The notes under the pieces are model-generated. The model was not told where the DNA came from and did no database searches. It saw nothing but the letters and a program-made list of their open reading frames with translations. A program made the translations under genes and the position numbers. From a virus (Duplodnaviria; Heunggongvirae; Uroviricota; Caudoviricetes), in the IMG/VR virus record IMGVR_UViG_2681813154_000005: a DNA stretch of 8,946 nt; one strand, given 5' to 3'. This document shows positions 1-6,698 of the stretch, piece by piece (positions within the stretch are counted from its first letter, which is position 1; each line of letters begins with the position of its first letter).

Positions 1-12
1 ATTACCACCTCC
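1..12 (-). promoter_or_regulatory. ribosome-binding site of the next downstream gene (expected gpV-like major tail protein; start codon just outside the window)
   Basis: After the U stop (TAA 15-13) the minus strand reads GGAGGTGGTAAT up to the window edge. GGAGG is a strong Shine-Dalgarno placed for a start codon immediately beyond position 1. Confidence 0.4.
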
Positions 13-414
13 TTAATTCGTGTACGTGATCTGGTACGTGATTTCCGCCATCGCCCAGGTGGCCATCTCATTATCACGTTGATAGTTAAAACCGAGTGGG
101 ATCATGGTGTCGATGAGTCCGGAAAGCACCGGAATATCCTTCATGGCCGGAAATATGGTGTTCTCCATCCACGTATCCAGCTCAGAATCCGGCGCCTGTG
201 CACGGACGAAAACGGCAATATGCAGAACAGCCTGCCAGTCGTCCTCATCCGTCATTTTTCCGGTGTACTGCGCATCACTCAGCCACACCGCCACGGCGGG
301 CAGTTCCTGCGCATCAATAAATGCCGGAAGCCCGTCAAAAAACGTGGCGCTGTCTCCACACTGTTCCCGAAGGCGTGCCAGCACGCTCTGACGGATTTGT
401 GTGTGTCGGTTCAT
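13..414 (-). CDS. U: tail terminator protein (lambda gpU-like)
   Basis: 133-aa ORF MNRHTQIRQSVLARL...ATFFDG...PAVAV...YTG...DSELD.WME matches recalled lambda gpU in length (131 aa) and motifs. ATG at 414-412 overlaps the Z stop (TGA 413-411) as ATGA. Lambda gene order preserved. Confidence 0.88.
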   Translation of the reverse strand: MNRHTQIRQSVLARLREQCGDSATFFDGLPAFIDAQELPAVAVWLSDAQYTGKMTDEDDWQAVLHIAVFVRAQAPDSELDTWMENTIFPAMKDIPVLSGLIDTMIPLGFNYQRDNEMATWAMAEITYQITYTN

Positions 415-998
415 TTACTCAGATGTAACCTCAGTTGTTGTTTCAGGGCATACCCCAGCTGTTTCGGCATTTCCGCAGCAATGATGCGGTCGCGGGCATC
501 TTCAAATGCCTGTGTCAGCGGTCCGGACATCGGGATTTTCACCACATCAATGGGGTAACGATTTTTGCCGTCAATACGCCGCATCACATGCCAGCGACCA
601 TTCGCCAGTTGCTGAATAAACGCATCCCGGAAAAGGTATTTCCCCACTTTCAGTACGCTGCCACGATGACGTGAGTTGCTGCCATGCCGGGAGCGGGCCA
701 GTCTGACCTGTGCGGTACCCAGCTTAATGGCGGGCAGGTTACCCCGGTTAACACGCATGCGGGCATACATTTTTCCTGAGGGGCTGGCTTTAAGCAGCCT
801 GACACGCTCCCTGACCGTTTTCAGGGGAATACCTTTCACCTGGTTATCCCCGGCAACGGTATTCTGCGCAACCTGCCGTGTGGCGACAGAAACAATCTTT
901 GCCGCCACACGGTTTACCGCCCATGCGCTGGTCTGTGGCACCATGCGGGTATCGAGGCTGTTCAGATTGCGGATGGCATTCTCAAGTCCCTTCATCAT
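411..998 (-). CDS. Z: tail completion protein (lambda gpZ-like)
   Basis: 195-aa ORF MMKGLENAIRNLNSL...NGRWHVM.R..GKNRYPIDVVKIPM...LGYAL..QLR matches recalled lambda gpZ (192 aa). ATG ATG at 998-993 preceded by GAGG. Overlaps the FII 3' end by 17 nt. Confidence 0.88.
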   Translation of the reverse strand: MMKGLENAIRNLNSLDTRMVPQTSAWAVNRVAAKIVSVATRQVAQNTVAGDNQVKGIPLKTVRERVRLLKASPSGKMYARMRVNRGNLPAIKLGTAQVRLARSRHGSNSRHRGSVLKVGKYLFRDAFIQQLANGRWHVMRRIDGKNRYPIDVVKIPMSGPLTQAFEDARDRIIAAEMPKQLGYALKQQLRLHLSK

Positions 999-1359
999 AT
1001 CGCCTCATTCTGGCATTATTCTGTGGGGCAGGACTGCCCCGCCTTAACCGGATATAACAGCATCCCCCGTCATCCGGAGTAATACGATCCACAAAGAAAG
1101 AATCATCCCCGATAGTTAACGTATCCTGACGGCGTAACTGCGATATATCTGCCGTTTTCACAAACAGGCACGGTGAGGAATCCTCAAGCCGGATCCCCCC
1201 GGCAACAAAAGAAATACTTTCGGGATCATCAAAAACCCCTGTCAGGTGTGTCCCCTCAAGTTCTCCGGACGTAATGACGGCGCTGATCCCCATATCACGG
1301 AGAATGACTTCATTGACACCGGCAAGCGCAGCATCAAACAGATTATCGAAACCGTCCAC
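982..1359 (-). CDS. FII: head-tail joining / head completion protein (lambda gpFII-like)
   Basis: 125-aa ORF MDGFDNLFDAALAG...GVFDDPESIS...LRRQDTLTIGDD...PDDGG matches recalled lambda gpFII (MADFDNLFDAAIAR...). Start is GTG at 1359-1357, preceded by AGGAG with a 5-nt spacer. Confidence 0.85.
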   Translation of the reverse strand: MDGFDNLFDAALAGVNEVILRDMGISAVITSGELEGTHLTGVFDDPESISFVAGGIRLEDSSPCLFVKTADISQLRRQDTLTIGDDSFFVDRITPDDGGCCYIRLRRGSPAPQNNARMRRYDEGT

Positions 1360-1370
1360 GACATCTCCTG

Positions 1371-1757
1371 TTACTGCCTTTTTGCCAGACCACCTGCCGC
1401 CATGCTGGCAGCCACCTCAGCAGAAACACGAAACGACGTTCCCGGTGAAACAAATATCACTGAACCATTACATTTTGTATGCAGTGTCGCCAGTGCCACC
1501 ACCGTAACCTGCCCCGTTTCGTCTCCGGTAACAATGCCTGGCTGTTCAGGAACTGACTCGCCTTTATGCGCGGTCGGATCATCTTTCGATGGTGAGTACG
1601 TATCCGGCTCTGCGACCTCCCCCGCATCTCCAAGCTCTTCCTCCAGTTCCGCCACTCGCTGCGCAATATCTGCCGCACTACCGGAGACATCCGGTTCACG
1701 CCCCAGCCTCTCAGCCAGCTCACAAAGACGTTTCAGGTTTTCTTCTTTCGTAGCCAT
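1371..1757 (-). CDS. FI: DNA packaging protein (lambda gpFI-like)
   Basis: The ORF track gives 1371..1790, but from the internal ATG at 1757-1755 the protein (MATKEENLKRL...VTVVALATLHT...PGTSFRVSAEVAA) aligns with recalled lambda gpFI (MTKDELIARL..., 132 aa). AGGAG lies 7 nt upstream. The 1790 start would sit inside the intergenic hairpin. Confidence 0.8.
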   Translation of the reverse strand: MATKEENLKRLCELAERLGREPDVSGSAADIAQRVAELEEELGDAGEVAEPDTYSPSKDDPTAHKGESVPEQPGIVTGDETGQVTVVALATLHTKCNGSVIFVSPGTSFRVSAEVAASMAAGGLAKRQ

Positions 1758-1775
1758 ACCCGCTCCTGATTGAAT

Positions 1776-1803
1776 GAAAAACGGGAGCATTTAGCTCCCG
1801 CTC
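1776..1803 (-). terminator. terminator-like hairpin plus U-tract between major capsid gene E and FI (candidate partial terminator or mRNA 3' stabiliser)
   Basis: Minus-strand RNA after the E stop (TAA 1811-1809): CGGGAGC-UAAAU-GCUCCCG, a perfect 7-bp GC-rich stem (plus strand 1782-1788 and 1794-1800), extendable by A-U and G.U pairs, followed directly by UUUUU (plus strand A5 at 1777-1781). The FI RBS and start follow. Confidence 0.35.
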
Positions 1804-1808
1804 ACGGA

Positions 1809-2837
1809 TTATTTCACCTGCACCACCACAAACTCATCCGGATCCGGCAGCACCATCAGCGGCGCGGACTGCGTCATGGTGAATTCACGCGCCGGATCAC
1901 CCACGGTCAGCCAGTGTTTCGGATAACGGGAAGACGCCACCACGCCTTCAGACAATGCCTGCGCATCCTGAATGGCACCGTAGCAACGAATACCCTCTGC
2001 GGCCGTATTTCCCAGTACCAGTGTGCCGTCCGGCAGATAACGTTTTTCGGTACCGTCCTCTGCCACATAGGACGTTTTTGCCACCACGATTGCCAGATCA
2101 CCATAATACCCTTTGAAGGACACCACCGCCCCCAGGTCTTTCACTGCCGTTTCCAGCTGTGAATTTGAGCCACGACGGGTATCCAGTTTTTCGCGGAACA
2201 GCTTAAAGCCATTCAGCAGACGCCAGACCTTACCATCCATAATGGCAATATTGATGGTGCCGGAAGCAAAATCACAGTACGCATCCAGATCATGCGTCGG
2301 ATCAAAGGTATCGCGGTCCTGAGCGCTCCACTCCGTCCCTCCTGCCTGCGTAATGTTATTTCCCACCGACCGGCCAAAATCGACCTCAACAGTTTCAAAC
2401 TGCTCTCCTTCCATGGTGTATTTGCCATACAGCACGGCATTCACCGCCTGCATCTCTTCCACCTGGACAATGGCGTGCTCTTCCTGTTTGAGGTTATCGG
2501 TGATGATACGCAGGCGACGGTAAGCCGGGCCGTTCAGCTGGGCCGGATCTTCACCGGGAAGACGCTCCACCGCCTGCTGGTAATTAAATTCGTGTTTCGG
2601 CTTAACGTAGCCCGGGCGCAGTACACGAGTTTCACCGCCACGGTGACGCAACACCTTTCCTTCAACAACCGGGGAGACATAGGCCGCCACCGGCGTTTTT
2701 CCGGTAATTTTGTCCAGCATTACCTCTTCGGTATGGAAATTCACCGTACGGCGGAAAAACAGCTCCAGAAACAGCGCACGAAATTTAACTTTTTGTTCGG
2801 TATAACCGAGTAACTGGCGGGTCGTAAACAATCCCAT
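1809..2837 (-). CDS. E: major capsid protein (lambda gpE-like)
   Basis: 342-aa ORF (lambda gpE 341 aa) with long collinear matches to recalled gpE: PGYVKPKH, QVEEMQAV, GKYTM.GE.F, NNITQ.GGTEWS, KLDTRRGSNS.LETAVKDLG, TGDPAREFTM.QSAPLM, DPDEFV. ATG at 2837 preceded by AAGGAA. Confidence 0.95.
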   Translation of the reverse strand: MGLFTTRQLLGYTEQKVKFRALFLELFFRRTVNFHTEEVMLDKITGKTPVAAYVSPVVEGKVLRHRGGETRVLRPGYVKPKHEFNYQQAVERLPGEDPAQLNGPAYRRLRIITDNLKQEEHAIVQVEEMQAVNAVLYGKYTMEGEQFETVEVDFGRSVGNNITQAGGTEWSAQDRDTFDPTHDLDAYCDFASGTINIAIMDGKVWRLLNGFKLFREKLDTRRGSNSQLETAVKDLGAVVSFKGYYGDLAIVVAKTSYVAEDGTEKRYLPDGTLVLGNTAAEGIRCYGAIQDAQALSEGVVASSRYPKHWLTVGDPAREFTMTQSAPLMVLPDPDEFVVVQVK

Positions 2838-2894
2838 AAATCAGTTCCTTTCATTCAGAAATCAGTCAGGCTACCGCAGTGACCTGATAAAATG

Positions 2895-3242
2895 TTACGG
2901 CAGCGCTGCGTGACTCAGGGCACTGCCGGCAAAGGCATTCGCCTTTTTGTGTGTATCCACTCTCTCAGGCCAGTGGATGGCCTCCGTCGCAAAGGTCCCC
3001 GACTTGTAATACGTCAGCACCGTCTCTGTACCTTCAAGCGGCAGTACCAGTATGCCAACCACATGGCCTGCCTTCTGTCCGTCCCAGACCACCAGTTTCC
3101 CGGTATCCTCATCCAGCATCAGGGGCGTCAGAGCCGGTGTTGCCGAGGAAATCCCGCTGCAGCCTGTGGCGGTATGGGCCGGATCATTACCGGCAAAAAT
3201 ACGTACTTCCGCACGCTGTTCAGTGATGGTTTTCGTTACCAT
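2895..3242 (-). CDS. D: head decoration protein (lambda gpD-like)
   Basis: 115-aa ORF (lambda gpD 110 aa) with motifs DPAHTAT, TPLMLD, YKSGTF, AFAG matching recalled gpD. ATG at 3242 preceded by GAGG. Confidence 0.9.
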   Translation of the reverse strand: MVTKTITEQRAEVRIFAGNDPAHTATGCSGISSATPALTPLMLDEDTGKLVVWDGQKAGHVVGILVLPLEGTETVLTYYKSGTFATEAIHWPERVDTHKKANAFAGSALSHAALP

Positions 3243-3278
3243 ATTGTAAAAACCTCATATTGATGGTCAGCACTGACT

Positions 3279-3946
3279 TCATGGCATGGCCATGAGCATT
3301 TTCACGTCCGCATCACCGTCTGCTGACGTCTGTGGCACGCCACCCTGTACCGCTGCCGGTGAATGGTTCGCCATGNNNNNNNNNNNNNNNNNNNNNNNNN
3401 NNNNNNNNNNNNNNNNNNNNNNNNNNNNNNNNNNNNNNNNNNNNNNNNNNNNNNNNNNNNNNNNNNNNNNNNNNNNNNNNNNNNNNNNNNNNNNNNNNNN
3501 NNNNNNNNNNNNNNNNNNNNNNNNNNNNNNNNNNNNNNNNNNNNNNNNNNNNNNNNNNNNNNNNNNNNNNNNNNTTTTGCCTCATCCAGGGCCATAATCT
3601 GATCACGAAGTGAGGGTCCGGCATTCGCCTGCGGTGAAGCAGCCAGAATCGGACGGGCTTTTTCCACCGTCATCTCCGGCATCGCCGCCAGCGTTGCCGC
3701 CAGTTGTTCACGTCCTTTCGCCTCTTCACATGCCATAATGCGATCGGCTTCACTCTGCGCAGATACACCAGATTGTTGCGGTGCCGCCACGGCCAGAATC
3801 GCCCGGGCCTGCTCAACGCTCATACCCTGTTGCCCTGCCAGCATCGTGGCCAGTTGTTCACGTCCTTTCGCTTCCTGACACGTCAGGATCCCCATCACTC
3901 GCTGGTTCTCCTGCGCGGCAGCCTCCGTTGCAGTTAATTGCGGCAT
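3279..3946 (-). CDS. Nu3: candidate nested in-frame scaffolding protein (lambda Nu3-like), sharing the C terminus of C
   Basis: Internal ATG at 3946-3944 in the C frame, preceded by AGGAGG with a 4-nt spacer. The product begins MPQLTATEAAAQENQRVMGIL.C.EAKGRE, matching where lambda Nu3 starts within C (MTKETQ...SRIMGILNCEEAHGREEQ). Interrupted by the N-run. Confidence 0.45.
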
Positions 3947-4849
3947 AGTGCCTCCTGTATCGTGTGTGTTCAGCGTCGCAGCCATCACGCTGATGGCGTC
4001 CGACGCATTGATTAATTCATCCGCCAGTTCGGCCTCAATACCGGACTGACCTTCAAAAACGGCGGCCTCTGTTCCCATAACCGCATCCACAGATAAACCG
4101 GTATACATCGCCACTTTTTCAGCAAACATCCGGCGCGCCGCATCAATGCGCTGCTGCATGTCCTGGCGAACCTTTGCTGGCAGGGATTCAAACTGATTGC
4201 CATCCACCTTGTGCGATCCGGCGTAAATCAGCGTGATATCCACACCGGCCTGTGCCAGATGACCGGCATAGCTGACATGGCCCATCATCACCCCAATGGA
4301 GCCGATACGGGATGTCTGGGTAACCAGCCGTCGGGAGCAGGCCGATGCCAGTAACATGGCGGCTGAACAGGCCGTGTCATTGCACAGTGCCCAGACAGGC
4401 TTCAGCTGCCGGAGACGGTAAATCATGTCAGCGCAGTCAAACGCGCCGGTGGCCTGCCCGCCAGAACTGTCAATGTCCAGCAGTACGCCCCGTACCTGAG
4501 TGTCCGCCATTGCCTGCTGAAGACAGGCGACAATGCCGTCATAGCCAGTCATTCCGGAAAATGGCCGCATGCCACCCAGCCGGTGTACCAGCGTGCCGGT
4601 CACCGGCAGTACAGCAATACCGTTCACCACCCGGTAAACACGGGCAGGTCGTTTGCCTCCGGCCATGTACTCGTCCGTTTCAGCCAGCATCCCGGGAGCG
4701 TCAAGCTGTACCTGCTGTTGCGGTACCGAAAGGCTTGCTGCGCCCATCTCACGCCCGAGCGCGCAAAAGAAAACCCGCGCATAGGCGGGCTCCAGAAGCA
4801 GCGGCTCATTGAATGCCGCAGCGATAATATGTGAAAGATTACGTCTCAC
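3279..4849 (-). CDS. C: capsid assembly protease/scaffold protein (lambda gpC-like, S49/ClpP-like fold), interrupted by a 199-nt N-run
   Basis: The N-terminal 400+ aa (from GTG 4849) match recalled lambda gpC: AFNEPL.LEPAYARVFFCAL, NGIAVLPV.GTLV, SGMTGY.GI, GAFDCAD.I, KPVWAL.ND..CSA..LLASA.SRRLVTQT.R.GSIGVMM, ITLIY.GSHKVDGN. After the N-run the only protein-like frame ends ...AAVQGGVPQTSADGDADVKMLMAMP with stop at 3281-3279, resembling the lambda C terminus (AAGNPASDAVNDLLNTPV). That frame differs from the upstream frame, so the 3' end coordinate is inferred. Confidence 0.75.
3376..3574. other. run of 199 N (assembly gap or masked sequence) inside gene C/Nu3
   Basis: Directly visible. Abuts the third copy of the 150-bp tandem repeat. 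Confidence 1.
3575..3905. repeat. in-frame ~150-bp tandem repeat (at least 2.3 copies visible) within the Nu3/C scaffold region, continuing into the N-run
   Basis: cagttgttcacgtcctttcgc occurs at 3701-3721 and 3851-3871 (exact 150-bp spacing); ggccagaatc / agccagaatc at 3791 and 3641; gccataat at 3732 and 3591. The encoded units are RVMGILTCQEAKGREQLATMLAGQQGMSVEQARAILAVAAPQ, RIMACEEAKGREQLAATLAAMPEMTVEKARPILAASPQ and IMALDEAK..., the last cut by Ns. Confidence 0.8.
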
Positions 4850-6498
4850 GTGATGTTGTCTCCTCTTCCGGCCTGCGACTCTCCGCTATCTGCTGCTGAT
4901 ACGCCTGGGCTATCCACACCGGACGTGAGAGTCCGGCTTTTTCGCGCTCTGCGGATTCCCTGACCTGCTGGCGGAAAATGTCCTGATAATCTTCGCCCAT
5001 CAGTGCCAGTTCTTTCTCATACGTGCTCAGTCCGGCCTCAATGCGCATCACCGATTCCTGGACCTCCTTGAGCCCGTCAATGGCCATTCTTCCGGAGCTA
5101 ATCCACTCTGCCCGTGACCAGGCTGAACGCGCCTGGTAAAAATCAAAACGCGCCCGTGGCGGACGAATAATCCCCCGAAGAAGCGCCTCTTCCAGCCAGN
5201 NNNNNNNNNNNNNNNNNNNNNNNNNNNNNNNNNNNNNNNNNNNNNNNNNNNNNNNNNNNNNNNNNNNNNNNNNNATCTGCGTGGCCAGCCGGGCCGCAAT
5301 AAATTTTCGCCGCCCCATAAAATAGCGCCACGACTCATTGGCGGAGGCGCGGGCACTTGAGTAACTGACCTTCGAGTAATCACGGGACAACTGTTCGTAG
5401 GAAACGCCAAGACCGGCTGCAATATACCGCAGCAGCGCCTGTTCAAGCGCCGAAAATCCATTGTCTGAATCCTGCGCTGTCTGCAGGTTCAGCGCATCGC
5501 CAGGAAAAAAGGTGCGGAATTTTAACACCGCCCAGCGTCACGTTATTCGTGTCATACCAGCGGGTGAACTTCTCCAGAATATTAATAAGCGGATTATCCT
5601 GCTGACCTTGCGGTGCCCCCGCGATATATTCAAATGCCTTTTCGGTATCAAGTTCACTTTCGATTGTGGCTGCATACATCGCCTTCACAATGGCCGACTG
5701 AAGCTGCGTGGCCTGCAGGGAGTCCAGCATCTTCATCCGCTCCATTACGCTGTAAAACTGATTAGCCCCACGGGTCTGCCCGTCCTCCACCGGCTCAAAA
5801 ATATGCAGCATGGCCGGACGCCCGGTGGGAAGCTCACGCGGGATCCGCTCCCAGCGTCCGGCACCAGAGAACGGAAAATCATCCTCACAGATATGGTACG
5901 CAATCGCCCGCCCATACCGATCGACCTCAACCCCGGCCCGCAGAAAGTGGTTCCCCATACCGTGTCCTGGCGTGTCCACCCGTTTCGGACTCACGGCTTT
6001 AAAACGCGTACGGAATAACTGCGTGGTTTCCGTATCCCAGACCGGCTGCACAAAGATTTCGCCGTTAAAGGCATGCACGCCCACCCCTTCACGGATAAAT
6101 TCCGTAAACGTGCGTTTCCCTTCCACGTCGATCTCGCCAAACATTCCTTCTGCGTATTCCGACCAGGCTGCTTCCACCTCCCCGACAAAACTTTTTGCCG
6201 TGGTCTCCCGCATCCCCAGCCAACGCCAGTTCAGACGGTAGCTGATAAGAAACATGTGCCCGACGATATGATCCTTATGCAGGGCCACCGCATTAGCCGC
6301 GATACCGTTATTGCGCACCAGATCATCTGCCCGGGCATTCCCCAGACGCAATGCAGGCAACAGGGCCGCATCGGCACTCTGCGCCGGTGGTAACCACTCT
6401 GCCATTTGCCCGCCAAATCCTGCGCCGCCTCCGTTGTAGCTGAGACTCTCACGAAGCGGAACGCCGTTCACATCAATCAGGACAGGCGTTCGTTTCAT
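4839..6498 (-). pseudogene. B: portal protein (lambda gpB-like), split by a 1-nt frameshift in a homopolymer and containing a 75-nt N-run
   Basis: The N-terminal ORF 5443..6498 (NGGGAGFGGQ, GNARADDLVRNNG, HAFNGE.FVQ, FEPVEDGQTRGAN.FYSVME.MKMLD.LQ.TQLQSAIVKAMYAATIESELDT) and the C-terminal ORF 4839..5528 (PGDALNLQTAQD.DNG, LLRYIAAGLGVSYEQLSR, SGRMAIDGLKEVQE, IEAGLSTYEKE) together cover recalled lambda gpB (533 aa) but are in different frames. Removing one base from the A6 run at 5505-5510 (T6 on the coding strand) restores KIPHLFPGDALNLQ, as in lambda VPHLMPGDSLNLQ. ATG at 6498 overlaps the W stop as ATGA. Confidence 0.8.
5200..5274. other. run of 75 N (assembly gap or masked sequence) inside the portal gene
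   Basis: Directly visible. Confidence 1.
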
Positions 6499-6698
6499 AA
6501 CCTCACTCCCAGCGGTCGGCGGCGTCGGGTCGTACCCAGAACCGACTCCGCATCGTTGATCGCACGGTTAAGCTCATTCAGGGACGCTGCCGTATATTCG
6601 ATCCTGCGACCGTCTTTCTGTACCGACACAACCCGTTTACCGGTTAATAAATCAAGGCGCGCCTGACGCAGCGCCTGCAGTTCAGCGACTGTAACCAT
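6495..6698 (-). CDS. W: head-tail connector / head completion protein (lambda gpW-like)
   Basis: 67-aa ORF MVTVAELQALRQARLDLLTGKRVVSVQKDGRRIEYTAASL...RRRR matches recalled lambda gpW (68 aa; ...[24 protein letters not shown]...QRRR). ATG at 6698 follows the A stop directly; GGAGGAG lies upstream. Confidence 0.92.
   Translation of the reverse strand: MVTVAELQALRQARLDLLTGKRVVSVQKDGRRIEYTAASLNELNRAINDAESVLGTTRRRRPLGVRL

Noticed and set aside
79-558. Plus-strand ORFs of 60-185 aa throughout the window (for example 79..558, 676..1047, 1246..1773, 1770..2162, 2292..2813, 2892..3263, 4345..4812, 5461..6018, 5810..6241, 6758..7111, 7485..7973)
   Set aside because: All lie antisense to strongly supported, conserved phage structural genes. 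Their translations are Arg/Cys/His-rich and low-complexity with no recognisable motifs, typical of shadow ORFs opposite GC-rich coding sequence.
1457-1723. Alternative-frame minus-strand ORFs nested in real genes (1457..1723, 1907..2104, 2213..2440, 4012..4203, 4624..4809, 5048..5461, 5745..5930, 5991..6188, 6231..6452, 6731..7000, 7862..8152)
   Set aside because: They are out of frame with the lambda-homologous reading frames and have Arg/Trp-rich composition with no start context. Treated as frame artefacts.
1758-1790. Upstream ATG (1790) for FI, giving a 139-aa product
   Set aside because: That ATG sits in the loop and stem of the intergenic hairpin and has no RBS. The ATG at 1757 has AGGAG upstream and aligns with the lambda FI N terminus.
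2838-2894. Possible regulatory element in the 57-nt D-E intergenic region
   Set aside because: Only an RBS (AAGGAA) for E is evident, with no convincing hairpin or promoter-like -35/-10 pair. Late genes are expected to be read through from a distant late promoter.
3243-3278. Short inverted repeat (GTCAG..CTGAC) in the C-D intergenic spacer
   Set aside because: The stem is only 4-5 bp with a 2-4-nt loop and has no following U-tract. Too weak to call a structured element.
3286-3624. Several ORFs spanning the 199-nt N-run on both strands (3286..3597, 3313..3624, 3332..3613, 3363..3602), and the track's 3302 end for gene C
   Set aside because: They consist largely of X residues from translating Ns and are not evidence of genes. 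The 3302 end belongs to an Arg-rich frame that does not resemble a C terminus of C.
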